DNA of 59,861 nt from Candidatus Giovannonibacteria bacterium. GTDB lineage: Bacteria > Patescibacteriota > Minisyncoccia > UBA11713 > 2-01-FULL-45-33. Under the pieces are notes generated by a model, which searched no databases, was not told the DNA's origin, and saw only the letters and a program-made list of their open reading frames with translations. Numbering within the stretch: position 1 is the stretch's first letter; every line of letters begins with the position of its first letter. The position numbers and the translations under genes are program-made. Shown in pieces: positions 34,581 through 43,204 of the stretch. Location: positions 1 to 59,861 of the forward strand of contig JAUYMO010000023.1 in assembly GCA_030699445.1 (NCBI GenBank). Direction: 5' to 3'.

Positions 34581-34670
34581 TTATCTTGTTTTTTTTGTCG
34601 CAATCACCACCAAAGCTAAGGCAATGATTACCAGCGCGGCAAGTATGTAAGATTGAACCATAATGTCCAT
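34581..34670 (-). CDS. 29-aa hydrophobic peptide (MDIMVQSYILAALVIIALALVVIATKKTR)
   Basis: Same design as the 4470-4559 peptide. Inside comM-flank insert 1. Speculative. Confidence 0.3.
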   Translation of the reverse strand: MDIMVQSYILAALVIIALALVVIATKKTR

Positions 34671-34686
34671 ATTATTAATAATGAAA

Positions 34687-34866
34687 CTAATTTTTAATGA
34701 GGGCTATGCTAAAATACCAAGAAATTAAGGATAGAACCAACCCCATAGAAAGCGAGAATAAATTAGCTGTGCCAGCCACTAAAGGGCCTATGACAATTGA
34801 AGCAAATAAAACTTGCGCAATGTCCCGAGAAATATTCGATATGACATGAATCTTCCCGAATTCCAT
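34687..34866 (-). CDS. 59-aa small membrane protein
   Basis: MEFGKIHVISNISRDIAQVLFASIVIGPLVAGTANLFSLSMGLVLSLISWYFSIALIKN. Below the ORF-track cutoff. Confidence 0.3.
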   Translation of the reverse strand: MEFGKIHVISNISRDIAQVLFASIVIGPLVAGTANLFSLSMGLVLSLISWYFSIALIKN

Positions 34867-34919
34867 GAACTTATGGTAGCATAGGCTTATAAAATGTCCA
34901 CAATATTAGAAAAGATTTT

Positions 34920-34982
34920 GAAAACATAAAAAAAGAGCACCTCCTTGAGGCGCTCCAGTATAGGCCGAAACAGTTGATATAA
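34920..34982 (+). repeat. remnant copy 2 of the comM 3' end
   Basis: It reads KNIKKEHLLEALQYRPKQLI-stop, against EIKKEHLLEALQYRPKQLV-stop in comM. Many differences are synonymous. A stop codon lies just upstream. Confidence 0.8.
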
Positions 34983-35215
34983 ATGTATAGCTATGCTATG
35001 AATTTATCCACACACGATAACGGCTACAAATTGTTATAATAATTAAGTGCCTAATAAATGCGGGCACAGAAGGGGATAAAGGTTTTTGAATCACATTTAG
35101 GTTTTGGAGGCCTATAATGTTTGACGAATCCTAAATCTTGTAACTTCTTGGGCGTGGAATCCCTTAAAGCATCCCCTTCTGAGCTCGAACTTCCGAGACA
35201 TTTTTTATTTATTTT

Positions 35216-35611
35216 CTATTCACTCGGCGTATTATTTTCAAGGTTCTTTTCAGAAAGTTTTATATAAATAATTTTCCCGTGCTGATTATCAGTTAATTTT
35301 TCAGGAGTATATTTCCCCGCAAATTTTACTGGATCAATTCCGTAAGCCCGAATAAATGAGTGTGGAGCAACAGAAGCTGTTTTGCTACCGCTGTGCGTTA
35401 TCTTAAAGGCGCCCTCCTTCCTGTCTTTTCCAAAAGAAAAACCAACGGCCTTTTTTTCCTTATCGTAAAATATAGTAACAAATGAGTATTGAGACAAAGA
35501 CTCCTTCCTATAAAATCCGGCATTAAAAGAAAATCCACCAGCCTTATTAAGGCTAATAGTATAAGAAAATCTAGCTCCTATTTCTGTAAATTTGTTGAAT
35601 TGAAACTCCAT
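35216..35611 (-). CDS. hypothetical protein (131 aa)
   Basis: ORF inside comM-flank insert 2, bracketed by the inverted TTATCCACACAC 12-mers. No family recognised. Confidence 0.5.
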   Translation of the reverse strand: MEFQFNKFTEIGARFSYTISLNKAGGFSFNAGFYRKESLSQYSFVTIFYDKEKKAVGFSFGKDRKEGAFKITHSGSKTASVAPHSFIRAYGIDPVKFAGKYTPEKLTDNQHGKIIYIKLSEKNLENNTPSE

Positions 35612-35714
35612 GTTCTAATTGTATCATGCGCAATAAAAAAAACAATAGCAAGTGTGTGGATAAGTTTTTTTAAAACTAAAAGTCCTTGTTTATAAGGTGT
35701 TTTTAGAGCGAAAC

Positions 35715-35771
35715 ATAAAAAAAGAGCACCTGCTAGAGGCGCTCCAGTATAGGCCGAAGTCGCTAATTTAG
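35715..35771 (+). repeat. remnant copy 3 of the comM 3' end
   Basis: It reads IKKEHLLEALQYRPKSLI-stop. Confidence 0.8.
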
Positions 35772-36136
35772 ATAAACCCTTTAGGCGCGGCTTCTTGCTC
35801 TTCTTGGCACAGCGGGTTTTTTTCGCCAGCCAAATCACAGAATTTTTGCTTGGTCCTAGCCAGCTTTTCATCCGCGGCTTCGTTTTCGTCTATTATTTTA
35901 GAAAGCCGCTGCTTAATCTGGGTATTTTCAGCCAGCGTTGCTTGCCTCGCTTTAATCGCAAGCTCTATTAACTCCTCCTTATGGCTGATACCGAGGTCAA
36001 CTCTTTCCGAAAAAGCTTGTTTATATTCTTTTAACGCATTATTAAGTCGGGCTTGATGAACTAGCTTTGGAATAAAGCCTGTCAGCATACCAGCAACAAA
36101 AATAACGAACGCCCAAATAAGATATCTTTTAACCAT
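35768..36136 (-). CDS. hypothetical TM plus coiled-coil protein (122 aa)
   Basis: N-terminal TM helix, then a helical region. No family recognised. Confidence 0.5.
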   Translation of the reverse strand: MVKRYLIWAFVIFVAGMLTGFIPKLVHQARLNNALKEYKQAFSERVDLGISHKEELIELAIKARQATLAENTQIKQRLSKIIDENEAADEKLARTKQKFCDLAGEKNPLCQEEQEAAPKGFI

Positions 36137-36260
36137 CCGCGTCTCCTTTCGTGTTTTTTTCTTTTACTACTATACACCTTTCAACAAAAAAATAAAGCGC
36201 GCAGGGATGGATGTCTCCTTACGCGCTTAAAATTCGGAGGGGAAAAAGAATTGGAAGGGT

Positions 36261-36845
36261 TCAGCTCACAGTCGCGGCTGACCGTTTAAGCCCTGGCGTT
36301 TCCTTGTGGTCGCTTGCTGCTCTTTCGGCTTTCTCGGGAGCAACGATGGCATTGTTTTCACTACCCATCTTCGGCAGAGTGTAAAACAGATGCTCTACCA
36401 AAAACCCGAGTAGTGCCACGCTGATGCCAAAGACGATAGCCGCCATGACCGCATACTTATCGCTCATCTGGTCCTCGATATGGCTCACGAATACGCCGAA
36501 TAAATCTTTTGACCTGCCATCAATGAAAAGATACTCCGAGGGCGCGACAGCGCACAAATACACGAGTCCAGAGCAGAGTGCGGTCCAAAGAAAACGGCTG
36601 GCAATAGAACTCTTTTCCTGGTAGCGCACGCCGTTGTAGAGCACGGCGCCGAGACCTGCGAGAAATACCACTATTCCCATATTTAAGATGAGATAGCCGA
36701 GTTCGCGCGGGCCATACCAAGGAAGTAGAAGCGCGAACACAAAAGCGTCCTTATCAAGACTCGGTTCCACCGAGTTCCCGATTACGAGAACGAGCCAAGA
36801 GCTCAAAACGAACAAGACCCAGCGGGTCCACTTGTAGCTAAACAT
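36261..36845 (-). CDS. hypothetical polytopic membrane protein (194 aa)
   Basis: About 5 hydrophobic helices. No family recognised. Confidence 0.5.
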   Translation of the reverse strand: MFSYKWTRWVLFVLSSWLVLVIGNSVEPSLDKDAFVFALLLPWYGPRELGYLILNMGIVVFLAGLGAVLYNGVRYQEKSSIASRFLWTALCSGLVYLCAVAPSEYLFIDGRSKDLFGVFVSHIEDQMSDKYAVMAAIVFGISVALLGFLVEHLFYTLPKMGSENNAIVAPEKAERAASDHKETPGLKRSAATVS

Positions 36846-36937
36846 CTTTCACCTCCATAATTGTATTGTCACCAGCGAGTTATTCGCCAGCTTACTCTGC
36901 CTACCATTATACACCCGGGGGCTAAAAAAGTCAATAG

Positions 36938-37948
36938 CTAATAGATTTGCGCGGCGCCGCGGATTTCAAAGTGCACATGGCAGCCGGATGAATTGCCGGT
37001 AGAGCCTATACTCCCGATTTGCTGGCCTTGCTCCACATGGTCTCCAACTTTAACAATCACATAAGAAAGGTGGGCGTAAACGGTCTGCGTGCCATTGGAG
37101 TGAGCAATTACCACATATTTTCCGTATCCTCCGTTCCAGCCCTGGTTTCTGGCGACAATCACCGTGCCGCCTGCCGACGCGTAAACCGGAGTTAAACAAC
37201 TAGCCGCCAAATCCACACCGCTATTATTATATCCATGATACCCATGCGGGTTTGAAGCCGTCGCGCGCGAGTTTCGTCCTCCTACAATCGGGCGCATAAA
37301 ATACCCCGGCAACGACGGACTGCCGGATCCCCGCACGGGCGCGTATTGCGGCACCTCAATCTCAATGTCCGGAATAATGATGGTTATCCCTTCTTCCAAA
37401 GGCCCATTCGCGGGCAGATTGAATTCGGAATTAGCATTAATAATTTCCTGCGCGTCGCTTTTGAATTTTTTAGCAAGTGATTGCGCGGTGTCTTCTTTTT
37501 TCACAGTGTACGGAAAACCGCTTATCGGGAAAATTATCAGCGTATCGCCGGCTTTTACCAGATCGCCGTTTTTTAAGTTATTAGCCCAGTAAATATCTGA
37601 AACGCTTCTATTGAACATTTTGGCAATTTTTGAAAGGTTGTCTTCCGGCTGAACAGTATATGTAGTAATTTGGTCAAGCTTATAGGTTTCAAAATCTGCC
37701 AAACTCCCCATAGGGCCGATTACCGGAAAAAGAGAGGAATCTTCCACGATATTCATAACCGCGCCGCCGGTAGCCGCTTTGGGGTCAGCGGCGCTTGGGG
37801 CTTTCAGAAGCGGAAGGTTTTGAGAGTTATAAGAGGAGGCGTTGCTCTGGCCGCTGCCGAATAAATTACCTAAAAACGAGAAAAAGCCGGCGCGCGCGGC
37901 CGGGGCAAATGCCAAAAATAGCGCCAAAAAGACGCCCGAGGCGGGCAA
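36938..37948 (-). CDS. LysM-domain M23 family metallopeptidase
   Basis: Signal peptide, two LysM-like repeats (YTVQPEDNLSKIAKMF, YTVKKEDTAQSLAKKF) and an M23 core (HSNGTQTVYAHL, GSTGNSSGCHVHFEI). Apparent TTG start. Confidence 0.85.
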   Translation of the reverse strand: MPASGVFLALFLAFAPAARAGFFSFLGNLFGSGQSNASSYNSQNLPLLKAPSAADPKAATGGAVMNIVEDSSLFPVIGPMGSLADFETYKLDQITTYTVQPEDNLSKIAKMFNRSVSDIYWANNLKNGDLVKAGDTLIIFPISGFPYTVKKEDTAQSLAKKFKSDAQEIINANSEFNLPANGPLEEGITIIIPDIEIEVPQYAPVRGSGSPSLPGYFMRPIVGGRNSRATASNPHGYHGYNNSGVDLAASCLTPVYASAGGTVIVARNQGWNGGYGKYVVIAHSNGTQTVYAHLSYVIVKVGDHVEQGQQIGSIGSTGNSSGCHVHFEIRGAAQIY

Positions 37949-38192
37949 AAATAAGCCTTTAAGATGTGCCTTATTTAAAATTGTCTAAAAGTTTAAAAGC
38001 TAATTAATAGGCCTCGCCTAGCAAACCTGTCCGCCTTTGGCGGAAAAACCCTTATTTCAAGCCAAATTTGGGCTTCAATGCTCCCTATCCGACCATTAGG
38101 TTAATACTAGCATTTTGGGCGCCCCCAATCAATCCGGGTCAAAAAGATGTCCACAGCCCCGCTAAGCGGGGTAAAATTGCTATCATACGCTC

Positions 38193-39989
38193 ATGCTAGA
38201 TTTAGCGTTGTTAAATTCCAAACAAAAAGAGGCGGTGGAGGCCACAGAAGGGCCGGTTTTGGTTGTGGCGGGCGCCGGAGCGGGAAAAACCAAGGTCATC
38301 ACCGAGCGGATTAAATATTTAATTGAAAAAGATGTTCCACCCGAATCAATTTTGGCAGTTACTTTCACAAATAAAGCCGCGGGGGAGATGAAAAGCCGCG
38401 TGGCGCGTTCCGGCCCATTCATCGGCACTTTTCACGCTTTGGGGCTTTTAATTATCCGCGAAAACCTGAAAGGGCTAGGCATTGCCAAAAATTTTACTAT
38501 TTTAGACGAAGATGACGCCCTAAAACTCATAAAAGAATGCCTTTTGGAGTTAAAAATTGACCCGAAGCAATTTGACCCGTCCAGAATCAGAAATAATATT
38601 TCCCGCTTGAAAAATCAGATGATGACGGCGGATGAGTTTATTGAGGAAAGCGCATTTGGAAAAATACTGGGGAGAGTCTGGCGGCTTTATGAAGAAAAAA
38701 CCAAAGCGCAGAATTTGCTGGATTTTGACGATTTGCTTTTAAAGCCGGTTTTGCTTTTTAAAAAAGATGCCGAGGCGCTGAAAAAATATCAGGAGCGCTG
38801 GCGCTACATCCATATAGACGAATACCAGGATACAAACGAAGCGCAATATGTTTTGTCAAAAATGCTTGCGGAAAGTAGCCGCAATATTTTGGCGGTGGGC
38901 GACATTGACCAGGCAATCTACAGCTGGCGGGGAGCGGATTTTAAAAATGTTTTGAATTTCCAAAAAGATTATCCGGACGCCAAAGTTGTTTTTCTGGAAG
39001 AAAATTACCGCTCCACCGATATTATTTTGGAAGCGGCAAACGCCGTTATAACGCATAATAAATTCCGCATACCAAAAAATCTATGGACAAAAAGAACCGG
39101 CGAAAACCAAATCCGGATTTTTTTCGCGGAAGACGAAAAAAAGGAAGCGGAAATGGTCGCCAGCGAAATAAAATTCCTGAAAACAAAAATAAAATTGAGC
39201 GAAATGGCGGTTCTTTACCGCACCAACGCCCAATCGCGCGCCATGGAAGAAGTTTTTTTGGCGAAAAATATTCCTTATAAAATTACCGGCGGAGTGCGTT
39301 TTTACGAAAGGCGCGAAATAAAAGATTTAATAGCGTATCTAAGGCTTATTAGAAATCCGGAGAACGGATTGAGCTACAATAGAATCGCGAATGTCCCGCC
39401 GCGCAAAAAAAAGAAAATAGATTTTGACGCGCTTATAGAAAATTTACGTAACGATACTGACAATATAAACGCGCAAGAACTCCTAAAAAAAATTATTAGT
39501 AAAATAGAATATAGAGACTATATTGATGACGGAACGGAGAAGGGAAAAGAAAGATGGCAAAATGTGGAAGAGCTTCTGGGTCTCGCCCAAAAAATAGAAA
39601 ATTTGGATGAATTTTTGGAGCATATTTCTCTTTTTGCCATAGATGATAATTACGATAAAATTGAGGACCGCGTGAGTTTAATGACCATGCATTCAGCCAA
39701 AGGGCTTGAATTTGAAGCTGTTTTTGTGGTTGGCTTGGAAGAGGGGCTTTCCCCGCACACGCTTTCATTTGAACCGGAGGATTTGGAAGAAGAGCGCCGG
39801 CTTTATTACGTGGCCATAACCCGCGCCAAAACTCATCTCTATCTGACCGCGGCCGGGCGCCGGACTCTTTTCGGCGAGCGCGCGGCGAATATGCCTTCCA
39901 GATTTTTAAAAGAAATCCCCGAGCATTTGCTGGTTTATTTAAATAAACGGGAGGGCGAAGAAATAGAAGAAAATATTTATGTTGAATAA
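38193..39989 (+). CDS. uvrD: UvrD/PcrA/Rep-family DNA helicase (short, 598 aa)
   Basis: AGAGAGKTKV, DEYQDTN, VGDIDQAIYSWRGA, LEENYRS, TMHSAKGLEF and YVAITRAK. Confidence 0.9.
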   Translation: MLDLALLNSKQKEAVEATEGPVLVVAGAGAGKTKVITERIKYLIEKDVPPESILAVTFTNKAAGEMKSRVARSGPFIGTFHALGLLIIRENLKGLGIAKNFTILDEDDALKLIKECLLELKIDPKQFDPSRIRNNISRLKNQMMTADEFIEESAFGKILGRVWRLYEEKTKAQNLLDFDDLLLKPVLLFKKDAEALKKYQERWRYIHIDEYQDTNEAQYVLSKMLAESSRNILAVGDIDQAIYSWRGADFKNVLNFQKDYPDAKVVFLEENYRSTDIILEAANAVITHNKFRIPKNLWTKRTGENQIRIFFAEDEKKEAEMVASEIKFLKTKIKLSEMAVLYRTNAQSRAMEEVFLAKNIPYKITGGVRFYERREIKDLIAYLRLIRNPENGLSYNRIANVPPRKKKKIDFDALIENLRNDTDNINAQELLKKIISKIEYRDYIDDGTEKGKERWQNVEELLGLAQKIENLDEFLEHISLFAIDDNYDKIEDRVSLMTMHSAKGLEFEAVFVVGLEEGLSPHTLSFEPEDLEEERRLYYVAITRAKTHLYLTAAGRRTLFGERAANMPSRFLKEIPEHLLVYLNKREGEEIEENIYVE

Positions 39990-40770
39990 GCAAAAAAAGT
40001 TTTTGGGCCAGCATTTTCTAAAAAATAAAAAAATCTTGGAGGAGATGGCGCGCGCGGCGGAAATTTCTAAGAAAGATATTGTTTTGGAAGTCGGCCCGGG
40101 CTTGGGCTCGCTTACGGAAATTTTGGCGGAGCGCGCCGGAAAAGTAATCGCGATAGAAAAAGACAGGGATTTAATTCCTGTTTTGCGCGAGAAATTCAAA
40201 AATTATAAAAATGTTGAAATTATTGAAGGAGATATTTTAAAAATTAAATACCTCCCCTTGCCCCTCCTTGTAAAGGAGGGGATAAAACATTATAAAATTG
40301 TCGCCAATCTTCCATACTATATAACCTCGCGTTTTCTGCGCCTATTCTTGTCCCAAACCAGGTTTAGGTCAAAGCTGATGGTGCTTATGGTTCAAAAAGA
40401 AGTCGCCGAAAGAATTTTGGCGCGCGACGGAAAGGAATCTTTGCTTTCTCTTTCCGTAAAAGCTTACGCTAAAGCGGAAATTATACGGCGCGTTTCAAAA
40501 AATTTTTTCTCGCCTCCGCCAAAAGTTGATTCGGCAATAATTAAGCTAACCCCTTACCCCCAAACCCCCTTTCCCCTTCGTAAGGGGAAAGGGGGCGATG
40601 TTGAAAAAATTCTTGCCGTTGCTAAAATCGCCTTCCAGCAAAAACGCAAAATGCTCCGGCATTCTCTTTCGAGGTTCAACCTTAATAATTTAGAAGAATA
40701 TGGAAATAAGCGCCCGGAAGAACTTAGCTTTAAAGACTGGGTTCATATTCACACCCTAATTGTGCCGTAA
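39979..40770 (+). CDS. rsmA: 16S rRNA (adenine1518/1519-N6)-dimethyltransferase RsmA/KsgA
   Basis: LGQHFL, EVGPGLGSLT, ANLPYYITS and FSPPPKVDSA. Two GC hairpin elements lie inside the ORF (40251-40283 and 40550-40596). Confidence 0.9.
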   Translation: MLNKQKKFLGQHFLKNKKILEEMARAAEISKKDIVLEVGPGLGSLTEILAERAGKVIAIEKDRDLIPVLREKFKNYKNVEIIEGDILKIKYLPLPLLVKEGIKHYKIVANLPYYITSRFLRLFLSQTRFRSKLMVLMVQKEVAERILARDGKESLLSLSVKAYAKAEIIRRVSKNFFSPPPKVDSAIIKLTPYPQTPFPLRKGKGGDVEKILAVAKIAFQQKRKMLRHSLSRFNLNNLEEYGNKRPEELSFKDWVHIHTLIVP

Positions 40771-40785
40771 AAGTGATACAATTAA

Positions 40786-41808
40786 GTGGAAGAAATGGGC
40801 TATTTACCTTCAAAAAATTTCATAGCCCTTGTTTCCGCTGCCCTTGTTATTTTATTCACGGGTTGGTTTGTTTCGATGGTGTGGAATAGCGCCCCTGAAA
40901 CACTAAAAAGCCCTTCACAAGCCGCCGCCACTTCCTTTTTGGCGGCTTACCAGAACGCCAACCGCGACACAGACAACGACGGGCTGAAGGACTGGGAGGA
41001 AATTCTCTGGAAAACCGACCCAAACAAAGCCGACACGGACGGCGACGGCGCGCTTGACGGCCCAGAAGTTAAAGATGGCCGCGACCCGATGGTGGCGGGG
41101 CATAAATTGGCGAATAGCGCGTGGAATGATGTTTTAGAATCAAAAATTGAAGAAAACGCAAAAAGCAAGGAAGGAAAAACTATAACCAAGCTCGTGGCTG
41201 AAGAGTTTGCAAGTAATTATTTTCTTTCCAAGGGAGTGGAAGGAGATCTTTTGCAAAGCAGCGCTAAAAGCGACATAGCGAATTCCCTATCCGGAACAAT
41301 TGAAAAAGAAATAGCCGCGTATAAAGACGCTTTTTCTCTCAGTAATTTAAAAATCTCCCAAAATAGCGGCGGGGAATTTGCTAAAACATATTTAAATAAA
41401 ATTGGCGCGCTTCTAGAAAAAGAACCGGCGGGCACTCAAACCGCTGAACCTATAATTTTAAGGATGATTTTGGAAGAAAATAATTTTGAAAAAACGAAAC
41501 TTTTTGATCCTTATATTGAAGCTTATAAAAAATTGGTGGCGGATTTAAAAAATGTTTCGGCGCCAACCGCTTATAAAGAACTGCACCTTGAACTTATAAA
41601 CGCGCTCAACAACACGCGCCAGTCCGTAGAATTTATGAGGGGCGTAGAAAAAGATCCCGCAGGAACAATGATAGGTATTAGACTTTATATCACACAAGGA
41701 GAGAGAATAAAAAACTTTCTTATATCCATGAAAGACAGAATAGATAGTGAAAACATAACTTTTTTACAAAATGAGGGTGGGTATTTTTTCAATAAATACA
41801 CAAGATAA
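40786..41808 (+). CDS. membrane-anchored protein with thrombospondin-type-3-like Ca-binding repeats
   Basis: N-terminal TM helix, then DTDNDGLKDWEE...DTDGDGALDG (DxDxDG repeats) and a helical remainder. GTG start, or the ATG at 40795. Confidence 0.55.
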   Translation: MEEMGYLPSKNFIALVSAALVILFTGWFVSMVWNSAPETLKSPSQAAATSFLAAYQNANRDTDNDGLKDWEEILWKTDPNKADTDGDGALDGPEVKDGRDPMVAGHKLANSAWNDVLESKIEENAKSKEGKTITKLVAEEFASNYFLSKGVEGDLLQSSAKSDIANSLSGTIEKEIAAYKDAFSLSNLKISQNSGGEFAKTYLNKIGALLEKEPAGTQTAEPIILRMILEENNFEKTKLFDPYIEAYKKLVADLKNVSAPTAYKELHLELINALNNTRQSVEFMRGVEKDPAGTMIGIRLYITQGERIKNFLISMKDRIDSENITFLQNEGGYFFNKYTR

Positions 41809-41815
41809 AATTTTT

Positions 41816-43204
41816 ATGATATTGAAAAATAAAAAAATAATAATAGCGATTTTAATAACTCTAACGTTGTTTCCGCCAACATTTTTGGCGCCGAAAGCCA
41901 AGGCCTTAATAGTGCACGACCCCATACACACTGCCGTGAACCTTTCTTATTGGACTTTGGACTGGACAAAAGAGTTTGCTTTAGACAAAATCGGTTGGTA
42001 TATAGCCAAGCTTATGGTGCACGAAATTTCTCAATCCATTGTCCAATGGATCAGAACAGGTGGGCAGGGAGGCTCTCCACTTTTTGTCCGAGATTGGGAA
42101 GGATTTTTGTTAAACATTGCGGATAAAGCTGGCGGAAAAGTGCTTGAGCAATTAAAACTTACCGCGCTTTGCGAGCCCTTCGCGCTAAAGCTTCGGCTGG
42201 CTTTTGGCGTAGGCCGCAGTCCGATTCAGGAAAGGTTGCGATGCACAATTTCAGGCGTAGTTGGAAATTTGAATAATTTTTATAATGATTTTTCGCAAGG
42301 AGGCTGGCAAAGATGGATTGAAATAACCCAAACGCCGGCCAATAACCCTTATATGGCTTATTTCATCGCGCTTGATGCTAGACAAATGGCAGAAGCTTCA
42401 GCGGTAAACTCCGGCCGCAATGAAGCAATAGCGGCAGGAGGATTTTTGAGCCTTAAAAAATGCACCGTAACTCCGACTACTTTTTCGGTCACGGACGACG
42501 ACACCGGAGAAGAAAGCGAAGTTTCTTTTGATAAAGAAGATTGCCAAAACACAACGCCCGGAGCAATCGTAAACGACCAGCTTAAAAAAGTTTTCGGTTC
42601 GGAAATAGACCAGTTGAATATAGCCGATGAATTAAACGAGGTTTTGCTCGCCGCTGTGCAGCAATTAATACACACAATGCTTTTCTCCGCGGGCGGAGTT
42701 TATGAATCGGACGTCGCATCTTCCTACAAGGCGGCGGAAACAGACATTCAAAATCTTTCTGGCACGATAGAAAAAGTTTTGAAAATAGAAACAGAAATTT
42801 CCAGAGCCGAAATTATTTTAAATAAAACCGAGCGGGCGCTTTTTGCGACGCAGGATGAAATTATAGTTCTAACAAAACTCAAGGCGTGCCAAATCAATAA
42901 AAACGACAGCATATCCACCACCAATTCCAAAATAGCGTCTGCAAGTTCAACGGCGGAAATGCTTGAGACGAAAGTTAAAGAGCAAAAAGACCTGGTCGCG
43001 CTGATTAAAAACGACCGCGACAGAATCAGAAACGCTAAAAATGTATTGGAAATTGACCAGGCCTATCAAGACGCGACTTTTGATATAAGCAAAATCAGCG
43101 TACTGGAAGTAGCTCAAGCCGATTTTGACACGGCTTTGGAAAAGAAAACTCAAGCCGAAGACGATTTAGCCGTTTGCTTAAATCCTCCGGTAGTAAATCC
43201 ATGA
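41816..43204 (+). CDS. secreted protein with a C-terminal coiled coil (T4SS-like locus)
   Basis: Signal peptide MILKNKKIIIAILITLTLFPPTFLAPKAKA, with heptad-rich sequence in the last third of the protein. The ORF track extends to 41771, but 41816 fits a signal peptide. Confidence 0.55.
   Translation: MILKNKKIIIAILITLTLFPPTFLAPKAKALIVHDPIHTAVNLSYWTLDWTKEFALDKIGWYIAKLMVHEISQSIVQWIRTGGQGGSPLFVRDWEGFLLNIADKAGGKVLEQLKLTALCEPFALKLRLAFGVGRSPIQERLRCTISGVVGNLNNFYNDFSQGGWQRWIEITQTPANNPYMAYFIALDARQMAEASAVNSGRNEAIAAGGFLSLKKCTVTPTTFSVTDDDTGEESEVSFDKEDCQNTTPGAIVNDQLKKVFGSEIDQLNIADELNEVLLAAVQQLIHTMLFSAGGVYESDVASSYKAAETDIQNLSGTIEKVLKIETEISRAEIILNKTERALFATQDEIIVLTKLKACQINKNDSISTTNSKIASASSTAEMLETKVKEQKDLVALIKNDRDRIRNAKNVLEIDQAYQDATFDISKISVLEVAQADFDTALEKKTQAEDDLAVCLNPPVVNP

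Noticed and set aside
39496-40014. 172-aa minus-strand ORF antisense to the uvrD 3' end
   Set aside because: It overlaps conserved helicase motifs (TMHSAKGLEF, YVAITRAK) on the plus strand, so it is most likely spurious.
43174-43200. Upstream starts given by the ORF track for 43174, 41771, 52088 and 52863
   Set aside because: The downstream ATGs (43201, 41816, 52160, 52875) give proper signal peptides or TM starts, ATGA-type coupling or their own promoters. The upstream extensions overlap the preceding genes.
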